32,000 nt of DNA from an uncultured archaeon (GCA_964589775.1 CAZPUN010000021.1:30001-62000), one strand, 5' to 3'. Numbered from the stretch's first letter, positions 1 through 9,855 are shown. Notes: generated by a model not told the origin, from the sequence alone. Numbers and translations: made by a program.

Positions 1-577
1 AAATATGTGTTGAAAGAATTATTATAGACCCTTGGTCGCGCATACCTTTCAAAATTGTTTTAATCGTGTTTGCGCCTTTCGGATCTATTCCAGTGAATAA
101 TTCATCAACAACAAGAATTTTTGGCTTGTGAAGAATTGCTGCGATTATGGCTAATTTTTTACGCATACCCCTTGAGAAAGATTCTATCAAATCGTCTATG
201 GCATCATTAAGGTCCAACAAGTCAAATAATTCATATAATCGCTTTTCTCGTTCTTCATCACGAGGGATCGCTCGTAGATCTGCAATATAATTTACGAATT
301 CCCACGCCGTAAGACGTTCTGGTAAGATAGGATCATCCGGTACATAGCCCATAATGCGTTTCGCGCGTTCGCGTTCTTTAATAACATCAATTTCATTAGC
401 GTAAATTTCACCCCATGTGGGTTTTAAAAGTCCTAGTATCATTCGCATTGTAGTACTTTTTCCGCTTCCATTAGGTCCAAGCAGTCCAAATATTTCGCCT
501 TCCTTAGCTTCAAAAGATATTGAATTTACTGCTAAAAAATCTCCAAAATACTTTGTAAGCTTTATTACTCGCAGCAT
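1..577 (-). CDS. ABC transporter ATP-binding subunit (ABC-2 exporter type), 3'-truncated at window edge
   Basis: Not in the ORF track. Manual translation from ATG at 577 gives MLRVIKLTKYFGDFLAVNSISFEAKEGEIFGLLGPNGSGKSTT (Walker A), then FSRGMRKK (signature), ILVVDE (Walker B) and STH (H-loop). Purine-rich GAAGAGGA lies upstream. Confidence 0.93.
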   Translation of the reverse strand, partial: MLRVIKLTKYFGDFLAVNSISFEAKEGEIFGLLGPNGSGKSTTMRMILGLLKPTWGEIYANEIDVIKERERAKRIMGYVPDDPILPERLTAWEFVNYIADLRAIPRDEEREKRLYELFDLLDLNDAIDDLIESFSRGMRKKLAIIAAILHKPKILVVDELFTGIDPKGANTIKTILKGMRDQGSIIILSTHI

Positions 578-703
578 TCCTCTTCAACTCAGTTTTATAT
601 TTATATAATTTGTTTTTGAAAGTTTGGTTTTATTTATATATATCTACGTAATTGATTTTGACTTAAATAAATTATAAAATGAGCAATTGAGGCGATAAAT
701 CCT

Positions 704-1765
704 TTGATCAATATATCTGTGCCCGGTAGAATCGCATTGTTTGGTGAACATTCTGACTATATTGGTCTAAGTGTCTTACCAATCGGAATTAGTTTGCGTA
801 TTTATCTTCATGCCGAGTCACGTAATGATGATTTGATAAAAATAAATTGTATGGACATTGATGAACACGATTCTTTTTCATTAGGCAAAGCGATAAATTA
901 TAGAAATTCTCGTGACTATATAAGAAGTGCATTTAATGTTATGCGAAGGCACGGTTATTCACTTGAACATGGGTACGATATTAAAATTCATGGAGATCTA
1001 CCTCAAGCTTCCGGGTTGTCTTCTTCAACAGCGCTAACAACTGCAATTGTGAAATTTATTGCTCATGTATGTGAAGTAGATATTTCACCCAAGCAGCTTG
1101 CAGAATTGGCATTTGAAGCCGAAGTTAAAGAATTTGGTGAGTCTGGAGGACTCATGGATCATTTTGCTGTAGCATATGGTAATGTTTTGCATGTTAGATT
1201 TAATCCTAAACTAGAAATCTCCGAGCTTCCCGGTAGATTTTCAGGATTAATTATTGGTGATTCTCTAGAACCAAAAGAAAATACTGTAAAAGCAATTGCT
1301 TATTTGAAATCTACAATTCTTCAAGGATATAATGCGCTCAGAAAATATTTTCCAGAATTCAAGCAATATTCTACGTCTATTGAGGATGTTATGCCGTATT
1401 TGAAATATTTGCCTAAAGATACCGCGCGACTTGTTCTTACAACATTGATGAATCGTGATTTAACTGAAAAAGCGAAGGAATTGTTATCTAAGAAGGATAT
1501 AGATTATCATAAGCTAGGAGAACTGATTTATATGCATCATAAGTATTTACGAGATGGGTTGAGGAGATCTACACCAAAAATAGAGCGTCTAATCGCAGCA
1601 TCTTTTAAAGCTGGGGCACTGGGTGCAAAACTGAACGGGTCCGGTGGCGGTGGTACTATGATGGCATTTGCACCCGGGCATGAATTAGAAGTTGCAAAAG
1701 CAATAGAAAAAGAGGGAGGCCGAGCATATATTGTCAAGATCGATTCTGGCGCTCGGATCGATTAA
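704..1765 (+). CDS. GHMP-family kinase (galactokinase-like sugar kinase)
   Basis: PGRIALFGEHSDY, PQASGLSSS ATP-binding loop, C-terminal GAKLNGSGGGG. Confidence 0.88.
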   Translation: MINISVPGRIALFGEHSDYIGLSVLPIGISLRIYLHAESRNDDLIKINCMDIDEHDSFSLGKAINYRNSRDYIRSAFNVMRRHGYSLEHGYDIKIHGDLPQASGLSSSTALTTAIVKFIAHVCEVDISPKQLAELAFEAEVKEFGESGGLMDHFAVAYGNVLHVRFNPKLEISELPGRFSGLIIGDSLEPKENTVKAIAYLKSTILQGYNALRKYFPEFKQYSTSIEDVMPYLKYLPKDTARLVLTTLMNRDLTEKAKELLSKKDIDYHKLGELIYMHHKYLRDGLRRSTPKIERLIAASFKAGALGAKLNGSGGGGTMMAFAPGHELEVAKAIEKEGGRAYIVKIDSGARID

Positions 1766-2988
1766 GAAAATGATGTAAGCGCGAGTGCTCTAATATACAT
1801 TTTGAATATTCTTCCAATTAGTTTGTATTGTTCTAAGGCTAATCCTATAATGGTGCCAATACTATGATGTCCCTGTATTATTTCGTTAATTGATCTTGCA
1901 TCTATGTTTCCTAGAACATCATCAACAATGTCATAAACATCATAGACGCGTGCAAATTCGAGTACAGCATCCATGCCTTTTCCTGTATTTTGAATACTGT
2001 GTGCTTCTGGTGTTTTTCGGTAGGTTTTTTCATATTCCATTAGTCTCTTACGTGAATAATCGCCATCTTCTAATGCTCCAACTAATGCTCTCGATAGTAC
2101 AATTCCCGCATGTAGCGATGTAGCCACCCCACCACCGACCATGGCACTTACCTGACCCGCCGCATTTCCTGCAAGGACCACCCCTGAATCTACAAATCTT
2201 GGAATGAGACCAAATAGCGGTACAATTCCTCCGTTTCTGTTAGTTATCTTGGCATTTTCAAATCCGGGTGTTGTCTTCATGTATTTTCGTACGACTTCGT
2301 TCTGTGTTGGTAATTTGCTCAGGTAGCTCTTTGTCATAGGTACTCTTCCAATACCCAAATTCACTTCAGTCTCACTACGCGGATACATCCACAAATAGCC
2401 TACGCCTATATCCCTGCCAACATAAAAATATGCAATATCGGGATCTACCTTTACATTTGATAATTTCAGTCTGAATCCGTAACTGGTTGCATACTTACCC
2501 AATGGGATTCCTGCAGTTCTTGCAATTCTGCTATAACTTCCATCTGCGCCGACTACTATTTTTGACCTATATTTTTCATCACGAGTTTTTACTCCTACAA
2601 CATACCCATTTTCTTTAATGACGCTCCTTACATTTTTTCTGAACAAGAATTCTGCGCCGTAGGATTCAGCTTTCTCCTTAAGTAGTGTTTGAACAGCATC
2701 TTCGTCCAGCAAAAATGACTCATTTAACATTGTTCGATCTACTGTTATTTCAGTACCCGTATCCAAATTTACTGCTTTTATTTGTTTAAATTGATTTGCA
2801 ACTTGCTCTGCATGCTTATTTATCTCTAAAAATCGTAATACTTTCTGGGTAACTAATTCTCCCATTAATGATACATTCTCATTGGGATGTCGCTCAAGTA
2901 ATTTTACTTTTACTCCACTTCTTGCTAATCTATATGCGCTCATTAATCCTGCTGGTCCCGCACCTACAACAACTACATCATCAACCAT
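1762..2988 (-). CDS. Geranylgeranyl reductase family FAD-dependent oxidoreductase
   Basis: VVVGAGPAG dinucleotide fold, VGADG, GYLWMYP (GYxWxFP), LAGNAAG...GGG. Confidence 0.85.
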   Translation of the reverse strand: MVDDVVVVGAGPAGLMSAYRLARSGVKVKLLERHPNENVSLMGELVTQKVLRFLEINKHAEQVANQFKQIKAVNLDTGTEITVDRTMLNESFLLDEDAVQTLLKEKAESYGAEFLFRKNVRSVIKENGYVVGVKTRDEKYRSKIVVGADGSYSRIARTAGIPLGKYATSYGFRLKLSNVKVDPDIAYFYVGRDIGVGYLWMYPRSETEVNLGIGRVPMTKSYLSKLPTQNEVVRKYMKTTPGFENAKITNRNGGIVPLFGLIPRFVDSGVVLAGNAAGQVSAMVGGGVATSLHAGIVLSRALVGALEDGDYSRKRLMEYEKTYRKTPEAHSIQNTGKGMDAVLEFARVYDVYDIVDDVLGNIDARSINEIIQGHHSIGTIIGLALEQYKLIGRIFKMYIRALALTSFS

Positions 2989-3233
2989 ATTAAATACCTC
3001 ATAATTCGAAATCTTATTTCTTTTTTACACTTTCTTATCGAACTTGTATTTAAAGTTTTTAAAAATTCAAATATTTATCCACTTTTATGTCTTACTTTCC
3101 AACATTGATTATCATAAACTTTTTATTATGCGTTTTTTACATGATAAATTCGTCATTCGTCGATTACTACATATGTGTAGATTAATATAGGATTGTTACA
3201 GTTTACAAATTACAATATTCCGGAGAATCTAGA

Positions 3234-4016
3234 ATGACTCACAGTCTCGTGCGTATAGCATTAATGCCGATATCACTAATAGTTGATATTACAATTAGTG
3301 CCGTTCCGGTATTATTCCTTGCGAAGCAGGTGTATGAAGCGTTGCCTCTGGATTTGTTCTTAATAGTTGTTGTTCCACTTGCACTTTCGTTATATCCATT
3401 ATTTCTTGCATTATTGATGGGTACACTTGCGTTGAGTCAAGGACTATTTCCAGTTCTTGAAGATGGTGTGTATGAACAAACGAACCATGTCATTCTAATG
3501 TATGAATTGCGACAATTGTATTACGTCATCTTTGGTTATTTCATGTGGTTATATGGAATCTTTCTGAACGTTCGATTAAGGCATATCGCATTTGGCACTC
3601 AGATCGGTGAAGGCACTATTATGGGACATGCATTGTTATTTAATCCGGAACGAACAATAATCGGGAAGAATTGCTTCTTTGGATACAATGCAATTATCAC
3701 TGGACATGTTTATGAGAATGGAAAATTAATCTTACAAAAGGTAAAAATCGGTGATAATTGTACAATTGGTGCAAATGTTGTAATATTTCCAGGTGTTGAA
3801 ATCGGTGATAATGTTATAATTGGCGCAAATACAGTAATTCCAAAGGGTAGAAAGATTCCTCCAAATACAACATGGGTTGGCGGTTCGCTACGTCAAGTTG
3901 GAATTCCTAAGCGCGAGGAAATCAAGATTAATTCTCGGAAAGTATCATTAATTACTGAAGATAATCCTTTGTTTGTTTCACGAGAAAAGGCTGAATTAAA
4001 AGAATCAGGGTCGTAA
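3234..4016 (+). CDS. Membrane-anchored hexapeptide-repeat (left-handed beta-helix) acyltransferase-like protein
   Basis: Hydrophobic N-terminal helices followed by IGEGT/IGKNC/IGDNCTIGAN/IGDNVIIGAN repeats. Confidence 0.75.
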   Translation: MTHSLVRIALMPISLIVDITISAVPVLFLAKQVYEALPLDLFLIVVVPLALSLYPLFLALLMGTLALSQGLFPVLEDGVYEQTNHVILMYELRQLYYVIFGYFMWLYGIFLNVRLRHIAFGTQIGEGTIMGHALLFNPERTIIGKNCFFGYNAIITGHVYENGKLILQKVKIGDNCTIGANVVIFPGVEIGDNVIIGANTVIPKGRKIPPNTTWVGGSLRQVGIPKREEIKINSRKVSLITEDNPLFVSREKAELKESGS

Positions 4017-4022
4017 TTGGCC

Positions 4023-4544
4023 CTAAAATACTTCTTTACTTATTATTCGTCCCATTGCAGATACAACTGCCTGAATTAGTGATTCTTGGCGTGTTAATGC
4101 ACCTTTGGTTATTGCACCCATAATGCCTTGCTTTTTCGCCAGATTTTCAATTCCAAAAAATGAATCTACACTTTGTTTAGACTTGTCGTCTATTTTCGGA
4201 TCAATAATTTCGATTAATGCATTAGGTATAGGTACTGCAGGTGAGGCACCTATTCCTACAATTATGCCATCTGTAGCTGCGCCCCACGCCTTAATGAAAC
4301 ATCCCCATTCATAGCAATGATATCCACCTTCGAGTCCTATTCCAATATCTGCATTGGCTCTGATTTTACTTTCTTTTGCACGATGAACTGCGCCATGAAC
4401 CATTTCCGAATCCGATGTTGGAAATGCGCTCACAATTGTCTTCACATCTACTGAAACCAAATCAAAATCTCCAAAAATCTTTTGCATAGCTAATCGTGTC
4501 GCCTCTATTTTCACCGGATTTGTACTACCTATAGCGATTTTCAA
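4023..4544 (-). CDS. yjjX: Inosine/xanthosine triphosphatase (YjjX family non-canonical purine NTPase)
   Basis: GSTNPVKIEA N-terminus, GAVHRA, IGLEGG, QGIMGAITKGALTR. Confidence 0.85.
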   Translation of the reverse strand: MKIAIGSTNPVKIEATRLAMQKIFGDFDLVSVDVKTIVSAFPTSDSEMVHGAVHRAKESKIRANADIGIGLEGGYHCYEWGCFIKAWGAATDGIIVGIGASPAVPIPNALIEIIDPKIDDKSKQSVDSFFGIENLAKKQGIMGAITKGALTRQESLIQAVVSAMGRIISKEVF

Positions 4545-4655
4545 CTTTTGTTCACTCTCATAATTTGACTTTTTGGTAACCTTGATATAGTTTTATACTC
4601 TAGATTTGTTTAGTTTAAATATTCTTTATGATGTAGCATTGTATGAGAGATCCTT

Positions 4656-6077
4656 ATGAATTCGACAAGAATTGTTCTTCGTGATTATCAACAAAAGATT
4701 ATCGATATACTAAAGAGCCATGAGAATGAAAATGTACTCATTGAACTAGACTGTGGTTTGGGAAAGCGAATCATTACTTATTATTTAGTGAATATGATTT
4801 ACCCGGACAAGCGAATTATAATAGTGGTTCATTCGACCGCATCTCTAAACGAAACTGTACATTATATGCTGAATGAATATGGTGGTGTTTCTGGGCTGGA
4901 AGTAATTTCATCACGTACTGCGTCAAATAAGCGAAGAATGTTATTGAAAAATGCACGTGTTATTGTTACAACACCTCAAATTTTAGAATCGATTTTGCGG
5001 GATTATGATAAACTCACTGGGTTTGATATTGTGATCATCAATGAAGTTGATACATTGATTCGTAGGAGTAGCCGTAATGTTGTGCTTAAGAATCCATGGT
5101 ATTCATTGTTGCCAAAGTTAGAAGATGTTTGGATAATTGGCATGAGCGGAACATTACGTGACGATCATTATGTGGTTGATGAAATGCAAATTAAAATCGT
5201 GTCTGAACTTAAGACGCTTAAGCGGTTCATAAAAGATTCATATGTCATAACAATGTCCGAGCTTATGAAGACGGATATCAGAAAGTATGTGAAGCCTACA
5301 CGAATTTTTATACAACTTGTAGATGACCCCGGGACTGTAGAACTTCTAAAGGCAATAGATACGCGTGTTAATTTAATAAGAAAGCAAATCGGTATTGAAT
5401 TGCGCTCTGAAGGGTTTGAAGATAGCTTAAATCAGGTTCATTTTATTATTGAACAACTTCCAGTTGATGAAGACCTTAAGAGCGAGTATATGAAGCTGCT
5501 AATGTTACGTAAATATATTAACGCGCTATCATACAAAGATTACAAAAAGTATTTGCACGCAACATTTGGTAAAAATCCTTTTGACCTTCTTAATATTTCA
5601 ACAATTCCTCCACGGCTATCGCCAAAGTTATTTTACATTTTATCTATCGTTAACTCTCATAAGAAATCTGTAGTGATCGGTTCATATCTCAGAGCACTTT
5701 ATGATTTACGTGATATCCTTGAAAAGCGAAAAATCCCATCCTATATTATTACAGGTAAAATTCGTGAAAAAAGTGAGATCATAACTCAGTTTAAGAATGC
5801 AAAAGGGACTGCAGTTCTTCTTATGTCTCCGGTGGGCGAACGAGACCTAGATATTCCTGATGCTGATGTTTTGATAATGATTGATGTTATTAATACTGTA
5901 AAGACAATGTATCAGAAACTCAAGCGAACTCGTGGCGGGACTGTTATTTTAGTGGGATACAAAGATACTTCGGAAGAGAAAAAGATCAAAAGGCTAGTTT
6001 CAAATATAATTGACCGTTATCCTTGGTCTACAATTGAGGAAACTGGTGAGGTCCCAGGTACAGTTTCATGGGATTAG
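4656..6077 (+). CDS. SF2 helicase-like protein (Hef/ERCC4-helicase-like) with degenerate ATPase motifs
   Basis: Q-motif LRDYQ; motif I DCGLGKR; VTTPQ; motif II INEVD; motif III SGT; motif V SPVGERDLDIP; motif VI QKLKRTRGG. Confidence 0.75.
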   Translation: MNSTRIVLRDYQQKIIDILKSHENENVLIELDCGLGKRIITYYLVNMIYPDKRIIIVVHSTASLNETVHYMLNEYGGVSGLEVISSRTASNKRRMLLKNARVIVTTPQILESILRDYDKLTGFDIVIINEVDTLIRRSSRNVVLKNPWYSLLPKLEDVWIIGMSGTLRDDHYVVDEMQIKIVSELKTLKRFIKDSYVITMSELMKTDIRKYVKPTRIFIQLVDDPGTVELLKAIDTRVNLIRKQIGIELRSEGFEDSLNQVHFIIEQLPVDEDLKSEYMKLLMLRKYINALSYKDYKKYLHATFGKNPFDLLNISTIPPRLSPKLFYILSIVNSHKKSVVIGSYLRALYDLRDILEKRKIPSYIITGKIREKSEIITQFKNAKGTAVLLMSPVGERDLDIPDADVLIMIDVINTVKTMYQKLKRTRGGTVILVGYKDTSEEKKIKRLVSNIIDRYPWSTIEETGEVPGTVSWD

Positions 6078-7372
6078 GCTGAAATGGGTTCGATTCTTGC
6101 TCTTGGTGTTGTACGCTTTATTTTTCCAATTAATTTTTCATCTGCGATTACCTTCATAATTATTTCATTTTGTTTATACTCGTGGGATATTACTTCTGAA
6201 TTGTCGAAAATATTTGATACGATGCTCATATATTCTGCTGAATTTGGTAAAGTTATTTTCCATGATGGTAGTTCTGGTAGGATTTCATTGATCTTCTTAA
6301 TTAAATCATCAATTCCTTGTTGTGTCTTTGCTGAAATTAGGACTGGATTCTTTAGTACATCTTTTAATGCTTCAAATTTTCTTTGAATTTCATCATCTGT
6401 CAGTTTATCGATTTTGTTTAAGGCCATAATTATTGGAACGTTGTTTATTGATAATTCTTTGAATGTCTCCATACATACATCTAATTTATGTTTGATTTCC
6501 TCTATTGGGTCTGAAAAATCAACTACTAAGATAATAAGGTCTGAAAGGACAATTTCTTCAAGGGTTGACATAAATGCTTCTACAAGGCTATGAGGCAGAT
6601 CACTGATGAATCCTACACTATCTGTCAGAACTGCTTTCCTACCCTTCAATTTTATTTCTTTAGTGACTGTTGATAGTGTAGTAAACACTTCATCCATAAC
6701 TTCAACATTTGAACCTGTTAAAACTCTATGCAATGAACTTTTCCCTGCGTTTGTATATCCTGCCAGCGAAATTACAGTAAAACCCCTGATCTTTCTGATT
6801 CTTCGCCATTGCGCTGTTTGTTCTCTAATTTCTTCCAGTTTACGATTTATTAATGCAATTCGCCGTCGTAGTTCCATTTGTGCAACGTTTATCTTGTGTT
6901 CTCCAACACCATGTTCTCCTGATGCACCTGGCGGTCCTGTTTTTTCATGTTGTAGCGCATAATTCATCTGATATCTTAAGAATGGTAACTCATGTTCGAG
7001 CCTTGCTTTTTCAATTTGCAGCTTTGCTTGAGCTGTACCAGCTCGCTTTTCGAAAATTTCCAATATTATTTGGAATCTATCTTTTACTTCAACATTCCAT
7101 TCTTGCATTAATTCAAACATTTGTTTGCTTTTTAATTCGCCATGAAATATGACAAGGTCCGGTTCATGAATTTCAATTGCTTCTTTAATCTCTTCAACTT
7201 TTCCAATCGTTAGGTTATATTTTGTCTTGGGTTTTGCAACAATGTCAAAAGTCGCTACTACTTCATATCCTGCCGTTTCTGCAAGAGCTTTAAATTCGTC
7301 GATTCGTGCTGGTTGATCGTATGTTCTTCGTCTGACGAGTATTGCTTTAGGACGATATTCTGTTTCGTTCAT
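6074..7372 (-). CDS. hflX: GTPase HflX
   Basis: DRFQIILEIFEKRA, AKLQIEKARL, GYTNAGKSS, FTTL, DSVGFI, NKID. Confidence 0.95.
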   Translation of the reverse strand: MNETEYRPKAILVRRRTYDQPARIDEFKALAETAGYEVVATFDIVAKPKTKYNLTIGKVEEIKEAIEIHEPDLVIFHGELKSKQMFELMQEWNVEVKDRFQIILEIFEKRAGTAQAKLQIEKARLEHELPFLRYQMNYALQHEKTGPPGASGEHGVGEHKINVAQMELRRRIALINRKLEEIREQTAQWRRIRKIRGFTVISLAGYTNAGKSSLHRVLTGSNVEVMDEVFTTLSTVTKEIKLKGRKAVLTDSVGFISDLPHSLVEAFMSTLEEIVLSDLIILVVDFSDPIEEIKHKLDVCMETFKELSINNVPIIMALNKIDKLTDDEIQRKFEALKDVLKNPVLISAKTQQGIDDLIKKINEILPELPSWKITLPNSAEYMSIVSNIFDNSEVISHEYKQNEIIMKVIADEKLIGKIKRTTPRARIEPISA

Positions 7373-7522
7373 TGACCTCTTTCATCTCGATTGTATATTG
7401 TTTTTTCATTTAATCCAATTTTAGTATCAATAGAAACGTGTTTAAACTTTTGTTTTAGAAAAAATTTGCGCTATAAAAATGGTTTTAAATTAATTAACAT
7501 ATGTTAATATAAACTATAGGAT

Positions 7523-8350
7523 GTGATGAAAATGTCACAATCGCCAATTACATTAAAGCTTGATCTTAATAAGAAACCATTAGAAAAGGTAAAGCACAAA
7601 ATTGTGGTTGCATCCGGAAAAGGTGGTGTTGGAAAATCAACTACTGCTGTAAATCTTGCAACTGCACTTGCCATGCAAGGTCTTAAAGTTGGAATTATGG
7701 ATATTGACATTCACGGGCCAAATGTTCCGCTCATGCTTGGGCTTGAAGGTGAGCATCCTCTTGCGGAAGAGAACAAGATCTATCCTGTTGAAGGACCTCT
7801 TGGAATTAAAGTTATGAGTATGGCATTTCTGTTAAAGACTTCAGATACACCGATTATCTGGCGTGGACCCTTAAAAATGAAAGCAATTGAACAGTTCATA
7901 AAGGATGTTGCTTGGGGCGAGTTAGACTATCTTGTTATTGATTCGCCTCCCGGAACTGGTGATGAACTACTTAGCATCCTTCAGCAGATTCCCGATGTTG
8001 ATGGTGTCGTAATTGTAACTACACCCCAAGATGTCTCAGTATTAGACTCCTCGAAAGCAGTCAATATGGCTAAACAAATGAACAAGAAAGTTCTTGGAAT
8101 TATTGAAAATATGTCTGGATTTATCTGTCCCCATTGTGGAAAAATTACATATATCTTCGGTAGAGGCGGTGGTGCGAATGCTGCAAAAACTTTAGGCGTT
8201 CCATTTCTTGGCGAAGTACCCTTAGAAGTCTCGGTTCGCGAACTTTCCGATAAAGGTGAGCCATTCATTGCTGTAAATCCTGATAGTGCATCCGCAAAGG
8301 CATTTCAAGAAATCGTAACTAAGATACGAAATGAGGTTGAAAAAGAGTAA
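7523..8350 (+). CDS. mrp: Mrp/NBP35 (ApbC) Fe-S cluster carrier ATPase
   Basis: SGKGGVGKST, DIDIHGPN, IWRGP, DSPPGTGD, VTTPQ, ENMSGFICPHC. Confidence 0.95.
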   Translation: MMKMSQSPITLKLDLNKKPLEKVKHKIVVASGKGGVGKSTTAVNLATALAMQGLKVGIMDIDIHGPNVPLMLGLEGEHPLAEENKIYPVEGPLGIKVMSMAFLLKTSDTPIIWRGPLKMKAIEQFIKDVAWGELDYLVIDSPPGTGDELLSILQQIPDVDGVVIVTTPQDVSVLDSSKAVNMAKQMNKKVLGIIENMSGFICPHCGKITYIFGRGGGANAAKTLGVPFLGEVPLEVSVRELSDKGEPFIAVNPDSASAKAFQEIVTKIRNEVEKE

Positions 8351-8357
8351 AAGCCAC

Positions 8358-8372
8358 TCTTTTTTTCCTTTT
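8358..8372 (+). terminator. Probable archaeal oligo-T terminator after mrp
   Basis: TCTTTTTTTCCTTTT pyrimidine tract just after the mrp stop codon. Confidence 0.5.
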
Positions 8373-8449
8373 AATAAGCTTCTTATATGAGAAATGTATA
8401 TGTTATTATAAGAGAATTATATGTAACGAAATGGCAAGGAGTAAGCTTC

Positions 8450-8989
8450 ATGTCCCAGAAACACGAATATAAAATGAAGATAGTCATGCTTGGTGATGGT
8501 GCAGTAGGAAAAACTGCGCTCACTGTGAGATTTTCAACTGGAATGTTTAAAGAAGATTATTCTACTACTATTGGTACCGATTTCTCTGTGAAAAAGCTTG
8601 AAATACCTGAATTAAATGCAATTGCTACTTTAGTAATTTATGACCTTGCAGGACAACCAAGATTTGCAGCTGTTCGTCCAAGTTTTTATGTGGGTGCAAA
8701 AGGTGGGCTTTTAGTTTTTGATGTCACTCGCCGGTCATCTTTCTTGAATCTAGAAAACTGGGTGAATGAAGCATACAATTCAATTGGTCATCCGATTCCC
8801 ATGCTTGTAGTTGCAAATAAAATTGATCTACCCGATCGTGTTGTTCCTACCCATGAAGGTATTGCTTTTGCTAAATCGCATGGTTTTCTCTATGTGGAAT
8901 CCAGTGCAAAAACTGGCGAAAATGTGGAGACTGCATATCGTGAAATTGTAAAAGATATAATTTTAAAATCTAAAAATAACTCGCTATAA
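8450..8989 (+). CDS. Rab-like small GTPase (Ras superfamily), no C-terminal prenylation cysteines
   Basis: G1 GDGAVGKT, G2/RabF1-like TTIGTDF, G3 DLAGQ, FYVGA, LVFDVT, G4 NKID, G5 SAK. ATG 8450 is preferred over the ORF-track start 8387 because AGGAG lies upstream and the domain begins there. Confidence 0.93.
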   Translation: MSQKHEYKMKIVMLGDGAVGKTALTVRFSTGMFKEDYSTTIGTDFSVKKLEIPELNAIATLVIYDLAGQPRFAAVRPSFYVGAKGGLLVFDVTRRSSFLNLENWVNEAYNSIGHPIPMLVVANKIDLPDRVVPTHEGIAFAKSHGFLYVESSAKTGENVETAYREIVKDIILKSKNNSL

Positions 8990-9053
8990 AAAAACTGTTA
9001 TATATAACGAACAACATATTATATCAATAATTTTATTGGAGGCCATATTTAAA

Positions 9054-9446
9054 ATGAGTGATAAACCCCGGTACCAGCACATATATGAAATACTATCTGA
9101 TATGAATGAAGAGGGAAACTTCAGTGCTAGTGTATTAGCGACTGGTAGGGGTCTTGAAGTTTCTTCCGCCGTTAGAATCGAATCTGCAAGTAATGCAGTA
9201 GCTGCAATGATTAGTTATATTCATCATGCAGTAATTAAAGTAAAAGAAGAATTAAATCTAGGTAAGTTAAAATATGTTGTACTTAAGACTTCTGACGGTT
9301 CTCTTATATTAACATCTCTTGGTATTTACACCGATTTTGAAGAAGATATGATTCTTGGTGTTTTAATACCCAAGGGTGTTCGATACTTCAGTAGAACTAT
9401 TGCAAAAGCGGTTAGGAAGTTAAGAGAAGCTTTATTATCTGAATAA
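9054..9446 (+). CDS. Roadblock/LC7 (MglB-like) domain protein
   Basis: About 130 aa with the pattern SVLATGRGLEVSS...AVAAMISYI...EELNLGKLKYVVLKTSDGSLIL. ATG 9054 is preceded by GGAGG (ORF track starts at 9036). Confidence 0.8.
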   Translation: MSDKPRYQHIYEILSDMNEEGNFSASVLATGRGLEVSSAVRIESASNAVAAMISYIHHAVIKVKEELNLGKLKYVVLKTSDGSLILTSLGIYTDFEEDMILGVLIPKGVRYFSRTIAKAVRKLREALLSE

Positions 9447-9522
9447 GGCAAATAATTATTAAGAAAAATATATTAATATCTGTAAACAAAATTTCAATAA
9501 GACCAAATAGAGTGGATCTCAA

Positions 9523-9855
9523 TTGGGGAACTTTAACGTTAGTAATTACGATATTCATACAGATGATGAGAATAGTGAGGAGAAAATAAAAATACTATTC
9601 TTTAAATCAGATCATTGTGCATTTTGTCCAGCTGCATTAGAACGAGTTAGGCGAACAATTCAACAATTTGGTGAAGATGCTATTGAATTAGAAATTATTG
9701 ATGTTGAAAAGGACCCAGATATGGCCCAAAAGTATGGTGTCCTTGCATTACCTACAATAATTATTGGTGACAAAAGTGTTGCTGGTGTACCTGACACAGA
9801 AAAATTACTTAGTATGATTTTAACTGCAAGACTCACCTATGGAGATGATTATTAA
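9523..9855 (+). CDS. Thioredoxin-fold protein (CxxC), KaiB-like C-terminal half
   Basis: CAFCP motif; LEIIDVEKDPDMAQKYGVLALPTIII cis-Pro segment; stop codon directly abuts the next ATG. Confidence 0.85.
   Translation: MGNFNVSNYDIHTDDENSEEKIKILFFKSDHCAFCPAALERVRRTIQQFGEDAIELEIIDVEKDPDMAQKYGVLALPTIIIGDKSVAGVPDTEKLLSMILTARLTYGDDY

Noticed and set aside
417-608. ORF-track 63-aa + strand ORF
   Set aside because: Antisense shadow of the ABC ATPase Walker A region on the minus strand.
6084-7152. Several + strand ORFs inside hflX, and similar antisense ORFs inside the EF-2, nrdD-like, mfnA, solenoid and oxidoreductase genes
   Set aside because: Antisense or alternative-frame shadows of well-supported genes, with no motifs of their own.
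7523-8350. mrp as part of the GTPase/KaiC module
   Set aside because: Housekeeping Fe-S carrier followed by a T-rich terminator-like tract; co-orientation alone is insufficient.
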